A stretch of DNA of 64,000 nucleotides from a virus (taxonomy: Duplodnaviria; Caudoviricetes), in IMG/VR virus record IMGVR_UViG_3300032320_001447, positions 64,001-128,000 of that record; one strand, 5' to 3'. Position numbers and translations under genes: made by a program. Each line of letters opens with the position of its first letter. The first letter of the stretch is position 1. The notes beneath the pieces are model-generated. The model did not search any database and was not told the origin of the DNA. It saw only the letters and a list, made by a program, of their open reading frames with translations. Positions 28,218-39,089 of this stretch are shown piece after piece.

Positions 28218-30086
28218 ATGAGCGATCAATACTATGATGTAGATATAGACACCTTACAGATACTATCTAAGTTACCCGTAGATTTGAATAGCTATGATAC
28301 ATTGGGAGAGGGATTCGAAAAAGTAATAAATAAAATTGCTTTTAGTTGCTCTAAAATAAAAAAAAATATATCTAAAGTATTTTATGGAAAAACTAATTTA
28401 GCTCAAACAAATAGAACTACTGGCGCTAGAAGAACATTTCAAAATCCTTTACAGTTAGGACTAATTAGAGTTCTTACTTCTATAGCTTCTATAGACTTCT
28501 GCGCTATATTTAGTTTTGCTGCAAATCAAATACCTGATAATCTACAAAAATTTGATCCAACAAAACAACCCGAAGATCAAAGTCCTTTAGGTAGGAGAAA
28601 GTGGCAAATTCAAAAAAATGCATACGATGTACAAGTTATTATAGATAAATTTATGTCTGTTTATGCAGGATCCAATACAGCATTAAGTCTCGTGCCTAAG
28701 AATTCTCAAACACAAAGAGCCCTAAAATCTTTAATATCAGAGGTTACTTCAATATTAGAAGATTTAAACGATGTAAATTCTAGCGCTTCTTTAGTAAATC
28801 CTGAATTTTCAGAAACCTATCCTCAATCTACTGTACTAAGTAACTTTATAACTAACGCCATAGGTTCATTAAATAGAAAAATAGATCTAAGACAATTTAC
28901 AAACGATGATTTTAATTCTGTATTAGACACTATTAATAAAGTAAGACAAATTTGTATTACTATTCAAGCCATAAACGATCCTAAAAGCGTCTTACAACAA
29001 TTAGATACTTTTACAAAGGGCACAATATCTCGACAAATAAGACAATTAGATAATATCATAGACCCTTCTAAAGCAGTGCCTCTTTTAAAGTCAATAATAC
29101 AAGGAGTAAAAACGATTATAAACATAGCTAGACAAATAGCTTCTTTTATTTCTTTATTTCAAGTTATTATTAGAATATCTCTTTTATTGATTAAAATATT
29201 CTATAAGCTTAGAAAATTTTTCTTTGGCATACCTATTCCTCAAGTAGTTAACACAGTTGGAGTTCAAACTGCAATTTCCGCAACTTTTGAAGACGTCATT
29301 GTTAATAAAGGCATTACATTTTTCTTAAGAAGACTATTACAAATAAATGAACTTCTAAGCATTATAAAAAGTTTATGTTTGTATATTATTAATCAAATAG
29401 TAGTAATAATTCCTAAATTAGAATTAATATCAAGAAACCTATCTAGTTGCGATCAGTGTCCAGAGGAATTAAAACAAGATTATATTGACTCAATTCAACA
29501 ACTTAAAGATGCCCAAAAAGTATTACAGGATTTTATAGATATATCTAATAATGCTAGAATTGTCAAGGACAGATCTTATGGAGATTACATAATTCAAATA
29601 ATTACAGAAGAAACAACTGACACCGTTCTTTCTATAAAAAGAAGATTCGGAGTAGCTTTGGATAGAAATAAAATAAAAGTGGTACAATCTACACCCACCT
29701 TTGCTTCAGACGATAATATAATAGTGAACGAAGTTAAATTGCTTTTAAGCGCAGGAGGATTTGTTAATAAATCATTAACTGGACTGGATTCTTCTGATCT
29801 AACTATTATAATAGATTCATTAAATAATTTAGGAAATAACGATATTACCATAGACGATATAGATATAAGCTCTATTAGTATTAGCGATTTAGATCCTCCA
29901 GATAACGAAAATGAAAATGTAGGATTGGGACTAAATGCCTTTGTTAATAAGCTTCCTGGAGGTAAGGCCCTTAGAAAAAGAATGCGTAAAGCTATGGCAA
30001 ATCAAGCTCAAAATTTATCTGCTGATCTAAAATCAACGGATCCAAATGGAAAATATACATCTAACATAACTCCTACGCAAAATTAA
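28218..30086 (+). CDS. Hypothetical helical protein in baseplate block
   Basis: 622 aa with long amphipathic/hydrophobic helices. Confidence 0.5.
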   Translation: MSDQYYDVDIDTLQILSKLPVDLNSYDTLGEGFEKVINKIAFSCSKIKKNISKVFYGKTNLAQTNRTTGARRTFQNPLQLGLIRVLTSIASIDFCAIFSFAANQIPDNLQKFDPTKQPEDQSPLGRRKWQIQKNAYDVQVIIDKFMSVYAGSNTALSLVPKNSQTQRALKSLISEVTSILEDLNDVNSSASLVNPEFSETYPQSTVLSNFITNAIGSLNRKIDLRQFTNDDFNSVLDTINKVRQICITIQAINDPKSVLQQLDTFTKGTISRQIRQLDNIIDPSKAVPLLKSIIQGVKTIINIARQIASFISLFQVIIRISLLLIKIFYKLRKFFFGIPIPQVVNTVGVQTAISATFEDVIVNKGITFFLRRLLQINELLSIIKSLCLYIINQIVVIIPKLELISRNLSSCDQCPEELKQDYIDSIQQLKDAQKVLQDFIDISNNARIVKDRSYGDYIIQIITEETTDTVLSIKRRFGVALDRNKIKVVQSTPTFASDDNIIVNEVKLLLSAGGFVNKSLTGLDSSDLTIIIDSLNNLGNNDITIDDIDISSISISDLDPPDNENENVGLGLNAFVNKLPGGKALRKRMRKAMANQAQNLSADLKSTDPNGKYTSNITPTQN

Positions 30087-30105
30087 AAATCAATATTTAT
30101 AGGAT

Positions 30106-30579
30106 ATGGCAAAAACAAATCAAGTAGACTTACTTAGAAAATTGATCAGGGAAGAGGTTGCTAAAGCGATCCGCCAAGAAATGCCTACCATTTTAAAAGA
30201 GATTCAATCCTCAAGCTCTCCTAAAGAGGTTATAAAAGAATCAAAGAGACCTAAAATGGCTGTACCAGGCACACTAAACACACAACCAATGCGTCCTATG
30301 CCTAATTTCATGGGCAACCCTTTGGCAAACATGCTAAATGAAACAGCAATGGCAATGGGCGATACGGACGAAATATCTTTCAACACCTCAGACATTGGTC
30401 CTAATTCAATAGGAGTAGACCCAACTAGTTTCTTTCAACCAAAACAAGTTGCAGTAGGAGACGTTAATGGTATGTTGGCAACAGCAAGACCTAGTTCTGA
30501 TCCAAGTATGGTACAAATAAACGAGGTACCTGATTTCACAGATTTAATGAACAAAATGAGATCTAAAGGCGTAATATAA
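30106..30579 (+). CDS. Hypothetical late protein
   Basis: LLRKLIREEV N-terminus; ATATTTATA directly upstream. Confidence 0.55.
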   Translation: MAKTNQVDLLRKLIREEVAKAIRQEMPTILKEIQSSSSPKEVIKESKRPKMAVPGTLNTQPMRPMPNFMGNPLANMLNETAMAMGDTDEISFNTSDIGPNSIGVDPTSFFQPKQVAVGDVNGMLATARPSSDPSMVQINEVPDFTDLMNKMRSKGVI

Positions 30580-30992
30580 TGGCATACAATTTAAGAAAGA
30601 TAAATGTCGTCGATTTAAGACCTTCTATTGGAGTTGGAGTAAAGCTTCCATTTTCTGCTGCGACGGCTTTTACTTCTGTGTATAGCACTAAAGAGCAGAC
30701 TAAGTTCAATCTAATAAACTTTCTACTCACGGATAAAGGAGAAAGACCATTCAATCCTACTTTCGGAGTTGGATTAAGATCTAAACTTTTTGAACAAATA
30801 TCTCAAGTAAGCTTAGAAGAAATCGAAACTTCTATAAAATCTCAAGTAGAAAATAATTTTCCAAACGTTTTGATCAGAGATTTATCAGTTTTAGGAGATC
30901 TTGATAATAATTCCATTAAAATAAACTTCAGTTATGTACTAACAAATTCTAAAGAAACCGATACTGTTATACTAGAAATACAAAACGCTTAG
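30579..30992 (+). CDS. gp25: Baseplate wedge subunit, gp25-like
   Basis: NLINFLLTDKGERPFNPTFGVGL...LFE. Confidence 0.9.
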   Translation: MAYNLRKINVVDLRPSIGVGVKLPFSAATAFTSVYSTKEQTKFNLINFLLTDKGERPFNPTFGVGLRSKLFEQISQVSLEEIETSIKSQVENNFPNVLIRDLSVLGDLDNNSIKINFSYVLTNSKETDTVILEIQNA

Positions 30993-30994
30993 AC

Positions 30995-32842
30995 ATGTCC
31001 ACAAATAATAATATAGACATAAAATACCTTAATAAGAATTATTCTTCTTTTAAAGCAGATTTAATAGAGTACGCAAAATCTTATTACCCTACTACTTATA
31101 CAGATTTTAATCAAGCTAGTCCTGGTAGCATGTTTATCGAGATGGCTTCTTATGTAGGAGACGTTTTATCTTTCTATTTAGACAATCAATTACAAGAAAC
31201 TTTCTTACAATACGCTAAACAAAAGAATAATCTTTACACCATGGCTTATATGTTAGGCTATAGACCTAAAGTTACAAGCGCAGCTATTGTAGATTTGAGT
31301 GTATATCAACAAGTCCCCTCTATATTTACAGCTGGCGTGTATATTCCAGATTTTACTTACGCTTTTTCTGTAGAACAAGGAATGCAAGTTAAGTCTAATG
31401 TTGATAGCTCTGTATTATTCTATTGTCCTCAAAAAGTAGATTTTAGAGTGTCTTCTTCTTTAGACCCTACAGAAGTAAGTGTATATACAGTTGATGCGTC
31501 AAACAATCCAACTAGTTTTCTACTTAAAAAGAATACTGACGCAATATCTGGTCAAGTTAAAACACAAACATTCTCTTTTGGTAATGCTGAAAGATTTCCA
31601 ACCATAACTTTACAAGATAGCAATATTATCACTATATTAGAAGCTGTAGACTCTAATGGAAATGCATGGTATGAAGTTCCTTATTTGGCTCAAGACTATA
31701 TATTAAACCCAGTTACTAATACTTCTACTCAAGAAAAGAATCAAGTTCCTTACATGATCCAAAAGGTAAGAACAAATAGAAGATTTGTTACTAGATTCAA
31801 ATCAAACGAAACTTTGGAAATAGAGTTCGGTCCAGGAGTTAATTCTGTTGCTGATTCTGCAATTGTTCCTAATCCCAATTCTGTTTCTGTTGGAAATGCA
31901 AATGGCGGTCTTAGCACTTTATCAAGTTCTTTTGATCCCACTAACTTTGTAACTACTCAAACTTATGGTTTGGCTCCTAAAAATACGACTATTACTTTTA
32001 CTTATTTAGCCGGCGGTGGAGTTTCTTCTAACGTTTTACAAGGCCAATTAACTATTCCTACATCTAAAAAAGTAACAGGGATTAATACCACTTTTGAATA
32101 TACTTTAGTAACAAATAATGATAATCCTGCTTCTGGCGGTGGTGATGGAGATACTGTTGAAGAATTAAGATTGAATTCCCAATTGCAATTTTCAAGCCAA
32201 TTAAGAACAGTTACTCAAGAAGACTATTTGGCGAGAGTATTGAGTATGCCTCCTAATTTTGGAAAAGTTTCTAAAGCGTTTGTAACAAAAGATGACGCTA
32301 CTTTTAGAAATTATTTGGATAAAAATTCTACGCAAAGAGATCCGCTATCTATAAGTCTTTACGTTTTAGGATTAAATAATTTAGGAACTTTAGACATACC
32401 TACACCTTCTCTACTAAAAAATATACAAAGTTATTTAAGTGATTATAGAATGATGACAGACTCTATAAACATAAAGTCTGCTTATGTTATAAACATTGGT
32501 TGTAACTTTGATATTATTATTAGACCTAATTACGTAGGCGAAGACGTTGTAGCTAGATGTTTAATTGTTTTGCAAGATTACTTCAATACTAATAACTGGC
32601 AAATTAATCAACCTATAATCTTAGCGGACTTAAACGCAGTTTTAGATCAAGTAGAAGGCGTTCAAACTGTTAAAAAAGTAGACATAATAAATAAAGTAGG
32701 AGAAGTGAATGGATATTCTAAATATTCTTATGATATAAGTGGAGCATCGGTAAATAATGTAATTTATCCATCATTAGATCCATCTATATTTGAAGTTAAA
32801 TTTCCAACTTCCGATATTCAAGGTCGCGTAGTATCATTTTAA
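30995..32842 (+). CDS. gp6: Baseplate wedge subunit, gp6-like
   Basis: DFNQASPG.MFIEM.SYVGDVLSFY.D.Q..E, A.MLGY.P, IEFG.G, ASGGGD.DT.EE, RTVT.EDY. Confidence 0.88.
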   Translation: MSTNNNIDIKYLNKNYSSFKADLIEYAKSYYPTTYTDFNQASPGSMFIEMASYVGDVLSFYLDNQLQETFLQYAKQKNNLYTMAYMLGYRPKVTSAAIVDLSVYQQVPSIFTAGVYIPDFTYAFSVEQGMQVKSNVDSSVLFYCPQKVDFRVSSSLDPTEVSVYTVDASNNPTSFLLKKNTDAISGQVKTQTFSFGNAERFPTITLQDSNIITILEAVDSNGNAWYEVPYLAQDYILNPVTNTSTQEKNQVPYMIQKVRTNRRFVTRFKSNETLEIEFGPGVNSVADSAIVPNPNSVSVGNANGGLSTLSSSFDPTNFVTTQTYGLAPKNTTITFTYLAGGGVSSNVLQGQLTIPTSKKVTGINTTFEYTLVTNNDNPASGGGDGDTVEELRLNSQLQFSSQLRTVTQEDYLARVLSMPPNFGKVSKAFVTKDDATFRNYLDKNSTQRDPLSISLYVLGLNNLGTLDIPTPSLLKNIQSYLSDYRMMTDSINIKSAYVINIGCNFDIIIRPNYVGEDVVARCLIVLQDYFNTNNWQINQPIILADLNAVLDQVEGVQTVKKVDIINKVGEVNGYSKYSYDISGASVNNVIYPSLDPSIFEVKFPTSDIQGRVVSF

Positions 32843-32853
32843 ATTAGAAAATA

Positions 32854-33960
32854 ATGGCAATATATAAAATATTTCCCACAGCAGACGCTTCAATATATTC
32901 TAGATTTCCGAATCAAAATACTGGTTTAGACGAGATTTTAGAAGTTTCTTGTAAAAATGACATAAATAGTACTACGTACTTGGTTGAATCGGATCCAAAT
33001 ACTCCGGCTCTATCAGATGATCTTAGAAGATCGCTAATACTATTTTCTGATGCTGACATTGCAAAAATAAAAAGCTTTTCTACAGGATCTTGGCAAGCTG
33101 GATTAAAATTATATTTAGCTAATGCAGAGAACTTAAATACAACATATAGTGTAGAAATTGGACAAGTATCTTCTTCGTGGACAATGGGTACTGGTAAGTT
33201 CTCCGATTATCCAGTAACTATTAACGGAGTGTGTTGGTATAATCCAAATCAATATGTAAGTGCTTCCAATGCCTGGCCAAACGCTAGTTATTTTTTAACT
33301 CCTGGTGGAGGCAATTGGGTTTCTGCAAGTATCGTTACTCAATCTTTTACTTATAAAGATCCAAAAGATATTAATGCAAATGTTACCTCTATAGTTAACA
33401 GATGGTTTAGTGGATCTTTAAACGCTGGATTTATAGTTAAACAAGCCACTTCAGTAGAAAATTCTTCTGGTAGCTTTATGGCTCTTAACTTCTTCTCTGT
33501 AGATACACATACAATATATCCTCCTACGTTAGAAATGAGATGGGACGACAGCTCATATTCTACAGGAAGTTTAAGCACAATAAACAATAATCAATTTGTA
33601 GTTTCAATAGATAACAACGTAGGTAATTTTAAATACAATACAGAAAAATATAGATTTAGAGTAAACGCTAGAGACAAGTATCCAGCAAGAACTTTTACAA
33701 CTTCTTCTGTTTATACAGTTAATAAAGCGCTTCCTAGAACTTCTTATTGGGCAATTCAAGACGTAAAAGGCGAAGATATAGTAATAGATTTCGATGACAA
33801 TTATACTAAAATAAGTTGTGATCCTACTAGCAGCTACTTTGATGTGTATATGAGTGGATTAGAGCCAGAAAGATACTATAAGTTACTTTTAAAAACAGTA
33901 ATAAGCACAGGAGAAACTATAGAAATAGACAATAACGCTATCTTTAAAGTAATTAGATAA
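32854..33960 (+). CDS. Putative baseplate/tail structural protein
   Basis: 368 aa beta-rich; DASIYS, NTGLDEILE, W.MGTG, FFS.DT.TIYPP.LE. Confidence 0.6.
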   Translation: MAIYKIFPTADASIYSRFPNQNTGLDEILEVSCKNDINSTTYLVESDPNTPALSDDLRRSLILFSDADIAKIKSFSTGSWQAGLKLYLANAENLNTTYSVEIGQVSSSWTMGTGKFSDYPVTINGVCWYNPNQYVSASNAWPNASYFLTPGGGNWVSASIVTQSFTYKDPKDINANVTSIVNRWFSGSLNAGFIVKQATSVENSSGSFMALNFFSVDTHTIYPPTLEMRWDDSSYSTGSLSTINNNQFVVSIDNNVGNFKYNTEKYRFRVNARDKYPARTFTTSSVYTVNKALPRTSYWAIQDVKGEDIVIDFDDNYTKISCDPTSSYFDVYMSGLEPERYYKLLLKTVISTGETIEIDNNAIFKVIR

Positions 33961-34298
33961 TGGAAAAAGTAGATTTAGTAAAAAAAGTATACGGTATTAA
34001 TACGTATTCGAAAGTAGTAGATACTAGCTTTTCTGAATTAATTACGCCTGCTCCTATAGTAAGTGCTAGCGTTGTAACTGTTGAACAGTTTTTTGAAGAA
34101 TACGATCAATTGTTTTTCGACATACCTGTTACTGGAGAAATTAATTCTCACACATATTTAGTTAATAGAAGCCAACAATATATAGGAGGCTCGGTTATAG
34201 ATGCTGAAAAGCAAGCATTGATAGAAGAGATTAACTCTTTGCGTCAACAGTTATTAGATTTGAATCAATCATTTTCGTCAATAAGTAATTTAGTTTAA
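33960..34298 (+). CDS. Small structural-block protein
   Basis: 112 aa, start overlaps previous stop, C-terminal coiled coil. Confidence 0.55.
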   Translation: MEKVDLVKKVYGINTYSKVVDTSFSELITPAPIVSASVVTVEQFFEEYDQLFFDIPVTGEINSHTYLVNRSQQYIGGSVIDAEKQALIEEINSLRQQLLDLNQSFSSISNLV

Positions 34299-37200
34299 TG
34301 GAATTAGTAAAAGTATCGGTAAAAGGAACGGGCATATCTGCTCAACAATATTCGCCTATAGATAATTCGCTAATTACTAGTAATTTTATAAATTCTAGTT
34401 TTGGAGCTAAAGAAGACTATATTGAAATTTTCATATACGATCAAAATGGAAATATTCTTTTGTCTGACTATGATGGATTCGATTATTATCCTTACTTAAC
34501 TTCTAATCCTCAAAATAATTTATATAACGTAATATCTTTAGATCCACAAAAAGATGTTATTAATAGAGGTTTTACAAGAGGATCTGTTAATATTCAATAT
34601 TCTTTTTTTAAGAAACTATTTAATTCTCAGTTCGGAAAGACCTACTGGATAAAAGAAATTTCAGAATCTAGAACAGAACTTAAGCTTGCTTCTCAAGTTA
34701 TTAGTGACATAGGAATCATAGAGGGATTTGACGTTTATCAAAATTACATTTCTACTAAGAATTACTATAGCGATTTTTACCTAAATTTTGGAGATAATAA
34801 TTTAGTAATAGGTGTTAATGTGGCTGTAGCGGAAGACGAAGAAGGTACTTTTTTATTAGTAAAGTTATACGAACCGCTTGATGCAGATATCGATGTAAAG
34901 GCACAACTTTGGATAGTTGATAAAATATCAGAAGCCATAAATTATAACGTAGATATTCAGGTTCCCGCTGTTGACGAAAACGAAGCAAATAGATTACGTG
35001 GACCTAACTTCGCTGTTAGAGTTTCAGAAAAAATAGGACAAACTACTCCTTATTATTCTTACAATAGTTTAATTGCTAGTAATTACACTTCTTCATTCCA
35101 AAAATTATTAAGTTACTATCAAGATAAATCTGTAGAGATTAATGTAGACTATAGTAACTTTGGTAATTTTATTCACTTCTCAAGCGCTGTAGAAAGATTA
35201 GAAAATTTTAAATACAAATTAGAATTAATTGAGTCTTACAATAACGATATAAGATTAGCTAATTCTTACTCTTCTCAATCTCCAACTGCGGCTTCTTCTT
35301 CCATAGGATTAGCTAGCAACTCGATAAATAATGTAATTAAAAATTTCGATACCTACGAATACTTTTTATATTTTGATTCAGGAAGTTGGTCTTGGCCTAA
35401 GCGTAATAATACACAGCCTTTCGCGTTGTATTCTGTAACGTCTTCTCAAGCATCTAATTGGTTGGGTTCTATAGACACTGTAACCACTCCAACGACCGCT
35501 TCTTTATTATACTCAGCTTCTTTATACGACTATTCAAATAAAGATTATTTAAGATACAGTATTCCACAATATCTATTGGACGATTCTAGCAATCAACCGT
35601 ATCTTACATTCTTGGATATGATAGGTCAACATTTTGATAATATTTGGATTTATTACAAAGATGTTACAAATAGATTTGACGCTACAAATAATCCTAATAC
35701 CGGTATTTCTTTAGATTTAGTTTCTGATGCTTTAAGAGGTTTGGGCTTTGAATTGTATACTAATACTAGTATTACTAATAACCTATACTACACTTTATTT
35801 GGCATTAATCAAGATGGAACTTTATTGCCTCCAACTGGATCTGAGCGCATTACAAATTATGTAACCTCTAGTATTGCTACTTTACCAGGTCTTCAAATAC
35901 AAGACGAATATTATAAAAGACTTTATCACAACTTACCTTATTTATTAAAAACAAGAGGTACTCAAAGAGGCATAAAAGCTTTGATCGCTTCGTACGGTAT
36001 ACCTGATACAATATTAGACGTTAAAGAATTTGGAGGAGTTTCAAGAGAAACTCTCGCTGGTATATACGATATAGACAGTGAAGATTATAAAATAACAATT
36101 GCTACAGGTAGCAATGGACAAGTGACAGGAAGTAGTTCTATATCTTCTTCTTTACTGTCTTATAGCACAACCTTACAGTATTATTCTACAGACAAAAGAT
36201 TAAACTCTGCTAACGTAGAAGTTGGATTTAGTCCAAGCAATACCGTAAATAATAATATAACGGCCTCAGGAGTTATCATTGGCAATATAGATCAGTACAT
36301 AGGAAATCCTAGCTACGCCAATCTTTCTACTTATCCCGCTTTAGATACTTTAAAAACTACATACTTTCAATCCTACGATAAGCCTAAAAGCGTTTGGGAG
36401 TACATTAGACTGATTAAGTTTTACAATAATAGTTTGTTTAAGACTATAAAAGATTTCGTGCCTGCGAGAGCCAATTTATCTACAGGTATTATTATAAAAT
36501 CTCACATACTAGAAAGAAACAAATACGCTAGAAACGAACCTAGCGCAAGTGTCAATCAGTATTCTGAATCAATAGAATTGCTTTCTATTACTGGATCCGC
36601 GGCTAATACCATATCAGGCTCTACTAATTGGCAGGCTCCTTTATTAACTTTGGTTGGATATGTTCCATATTCTTCTTCTCAAAATATTGAAAAATTTACT
36701 GGAGAATTCAGTGGCTCTATTATAACAGCGACTGACTATGAAAGTTTTCCTCAAATAGAATACAACAATAACGTATCTAGTAGTAATGCCTCTTTATCTA
36801 ATTTAACTAGCTCTTTATTGGCATTATATCAAAATGTTACCGCATCAGTTAGATCTCAAAAGTATTTTGATTTAGACTATACGTCTAATCAATCCACACC
36901 AGTTAATTTTGGAATAGTTACTCAATCCATATCTCAAAGTCAAGTATCCGGATTCGACAATCAAGGCGCTTACACCTCTTCAACCGTTCCTTACGCGGAG
37001 TTACAGGATAGCAACTATGCTTTGCAAAGTTTTACAATTCCTAGATATTACGGATCAAAAACAATTAGTGCTACGTATACGGACTACACTGTTGGAGACG
37101 CCTCTTACGGAGATACTGCCGCTATTGATAAAATTAAATTTCAATATGCATACCTAGTAGACATATACTCTTCCTCTTTACAATTACCAGAAAGATCTAA

Positions 37201-38389
37201 CGCACAGATAAAATATATTATTGATAATGAAGAAAATGTGTTAAATTTAACAAAACTTAATAATAACATTTTTACTTCTCAAAACTTATATAAATCAGGA
37301 GAATCTGTAGATATATCTCTATTTGATTACGATCCAAATAATCCAGATGGTCAATTCTTAACGAATAACTCTAATGTAACTTTGTATGAAGGTGGGTTTA
37401 GGTACAGTCCAATTTTATATAATCCTAATGGAGCAGCTAGTTTAACTTATAACTTTGCGACTCCTATTGTTACCACCGGATCTATTTCAACTCCTGGAGG
37501 AGATACTTATACAGCGCCATTGGATCAATATAATTATTTTAATTGGACTTCAGCAGTTGACTATTCTTACTCTACCCAATATAGCCAAATAATTTGTACA
37601 ATTACAGCATCTGTGTCTCCGTCTCCTCTTACACAAACTATAAGACTCACTTACTTATTTGAGCCTAATTCGAGAGGCATTTCTAATGGTTTTTTAGAAC
37701 AAGAGAGATATCTTACCGTAAGTAATGGTGCAACAGTTAGTCCTTTAGGTAGCTCAGCTGCAAGAGCTTTTTTCGCAGGATTTAGTCCAGTATATTATTT
37801 TGATCCGGTATTAGTAGGAGCTGAAGCAGTAGTAGCCGGATCTGGAGGATCTACTTCGTTTAATGTGTATTCTACTAGTTCTATAGATATAAGTCCTTCT
37901 TGGACCTACAACACATCATCTGCTGGAGCAAATGTTGTAAGACTATCGGCAACTCAATCGCTATATTACTTAAGTCCTCAATTCGTGCAATCAGGTAGCT
38001 ACCCAGGCATAGAGCAAGCTGTATTCCCTTTTCAATTAAATGTCAATGATTTGATTAGACTATATAATTATACTAGTAGTCTATTAGATAGAAATGACGA
38101 ATATAGAGTCGTAAACACCTTTGTTGAAGCCTCAGGATCTAATAATTTTCCCTATGTCAATGTAACATTAGATAGACCAATTTCTCCCGCTAACTATACT
38201 AGTAGTTACGCTATTTATAAATACATTGTGCTTAAACATATTCCAGACGAGACTAATTTAATACTTGAATTAAATGGAGCCTATAATATTCCAACCGATG
38301 GATTAATATTTCCTAAGTATATTAGTAAAATTGCCAGAGAAAACTCAGGTAATGTGATAAAATCATTAAAACAACAAAATCTAATTTAA
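34298..38389 (+). CDS. Large baseplate wedge/tail protein
   Basis: 1363 aa; FLDMIGQHFDNIW, NLPYLLKTRGT..GIKALIA.YGIP, IKDFVPAR; Ser/Thr-rich. Confidence 0.65.
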   Translation: MELVKVSVKGTGISAQQYSPIDNSLITSNFINSSFGAKEDYIEIFIYDQNGNILLSDYDGFDYYPYLTSNPQNNLYNVISLDPQKDVINRGFTRGSVNIQYSFFKKLFNSQFGKTYWIKEISESRTELKLASQVISDIGIIEGFDVYQNYISTKNYYSDFYLNFGDNNLVIGVNVAVAEDEEGTFLLVKLYEPLDADIDVKAQLWIVDKISEAINYNVDIQVPAVDENEANRLRGPNFAVRVSEKIGQTTPYYSYNSLIASNYTSSFQKLLSYYQDKSVEINVDYSNFGNFIHFSSAVERLENFKYKLELIESYNNDIRLANSYSSQSPTAASSSIGLASNSINNVIKNFDTYEYFLYFDSGSWSWPKRNNTQPFALYSVTSSQASNWLGSIDTVTTPTTASLLYSASLYDYSNKDYLRYSIPQYLLDDSSNQPYLTFLDMIGQHFDNIWIYYKDVTNRFDATNNPNTGISLDLVSDALRGLGFELYTNTSITNNLYYTLFGINQDGTLLPPTGSERITNYVTSSIATLPGLQIQDEYYKRLYHNLPYLLKTRGTQRGIKALIASYGIPDTILDVKEFGGVSRETLAGIYDIDSEDYKITIATGSNGQVTGSSSISSSLLSYSTTLQYYSTDKRLNSANVEVGFSPSNTVNNNITASGVIIGNIDQYIGNPSYANLSTYPALDTLKTTYFQSYDKPKSVWEYIRLIKFYNNSLFKTIKDFVPARANLSTGIIIKSHILERNKYARNEPSASVNQYSESIELLSITGSAANTISGSTNWQAPLLTLVGYVPYSSSQNIEKFTGEFSGSIITATDYESFPQIEYNNNVSSSNASLSNLTSSLLALYQNVTASVRSQKYFDLDYTSNQSTPVNFGIVTQSISQSQVSGFDNQGAYTSSTVPYAELQDSNYALQSFTIPRYYGSKTISATYTDYTVGDASYGDTAAIDKIKFQYAYLVDIYSSSLQLPERSNAQIKYIIDNEENVLNLTKLNNNIFTSQNLYKSGESVDISLFDYDPNNPDGQFLTNNSNVTLYEGGFRYSPILYNPNGAASLTYNFATPIVTTGSISTPGGDTYTAPLDQYNYFNWTSAVDYSYSTQYSQIICTITASVSPSPLTQTIRLTYLFEPNSRGISNGFLEQERYLTVSNGATVSPLGSSAARAFFAGFSPVYYFDPVLVGAEAVVAGSGGSTSFNVYSTSSIDISPSWTYNTSSAGANVVRLSATQSLYYLSPQFVQSGSYPGIEQAVFPFQLNVNDLIRLYNYTSSLLDRNDEYRVVNTFVEASGSNNFPYVNVTLDRPISPANYTSSYAIYKYIVLKHIPDETNLILELNGAYNIPTDGLIFPKYISKIARENSGNVIKSLKQQNLI

Positions 38390-38415
38390 CATATTTATTT
38401 TTAAAGCAACTCTTT

Positions 38416-39078
38416 ATGTCTTATTTAAGTAGTACTTCAGTCGTAGTCGATGCCATTTTAACAAAAAAAGGCCGCGAATTATTGGCAAGAAACGATGGTT
38501 CTTTCCAAATCACTCAATTTTCTTTATCTGATGATGAGGTAGATTATACTCTGTATAATCCAAACCATCCTTCAGGATCAGCTTTTTATGGAGAGGCGAT
38601 AGAAAATATGCCAGTCCTTCAAGCCTTTCCAGATGACACGGAAATCATGAAGTATAAGCTTATAACTCTTCCAAGAGGCACAGCCAAACTTCCAGTGTTG
38701 GATTTGGGATACAACAGCATTTCCCTTCGTCAAGGCGCAAGTCTTTCTATTACGCCACAAACATTAAATTACTTAGGCGCCACTAGTACTTACGAACAGT
38801 CTGGATATGTTGCTACTATCGGTGATGTTAGAACGATGAACGGTAATTTTGTAGGAGTTGGAATTAACACCCCAGAAGTAACTTCATTAAATGCGACTAC
38901 AACTATAGGTACTAACGTAAGTAAGACAGTAATTGGCACAACTATCAATATGACTGCTACTACTATTAATACTCTATTCGGAAACAATGCACAATTACAG
39001 ACAACATTAATTGTTACAGGTAGAGATTCAGGAGCTAGAATTAGTATTCCGGTAACGATCATTAAAACAAACTCATAA
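38416..39078 (+). CDS. Putative baseplate/tail structural protein
   Basis: VDAILTKKGRELLA...ITQFSLSDDEVDY.LY (T4 gp8/fibre N-terminus-like LT..GR pattern). Confidence 0.6.
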   Translation: MSYLSSTSVVVDAILTKKGRELLARNDGSFQITQFSLSDDEVDYTLYNPNHPSGSAFYGEAIENMPVLQAFPDDTEIMKYKLITLPRGTAKLPVLDLGYNSISLRQGASLSITPQTLNYLGATSTYEQSGYVATIGDVRTMNGNFVGVGINTPEVTSLNATTTIGTNVSKTVIGTTINMTATTINTLFGNNAQLQTTLIVTGRDSGARISIPVTIIKTNS

Positions 39079-39089
39079 TAATTTAATAT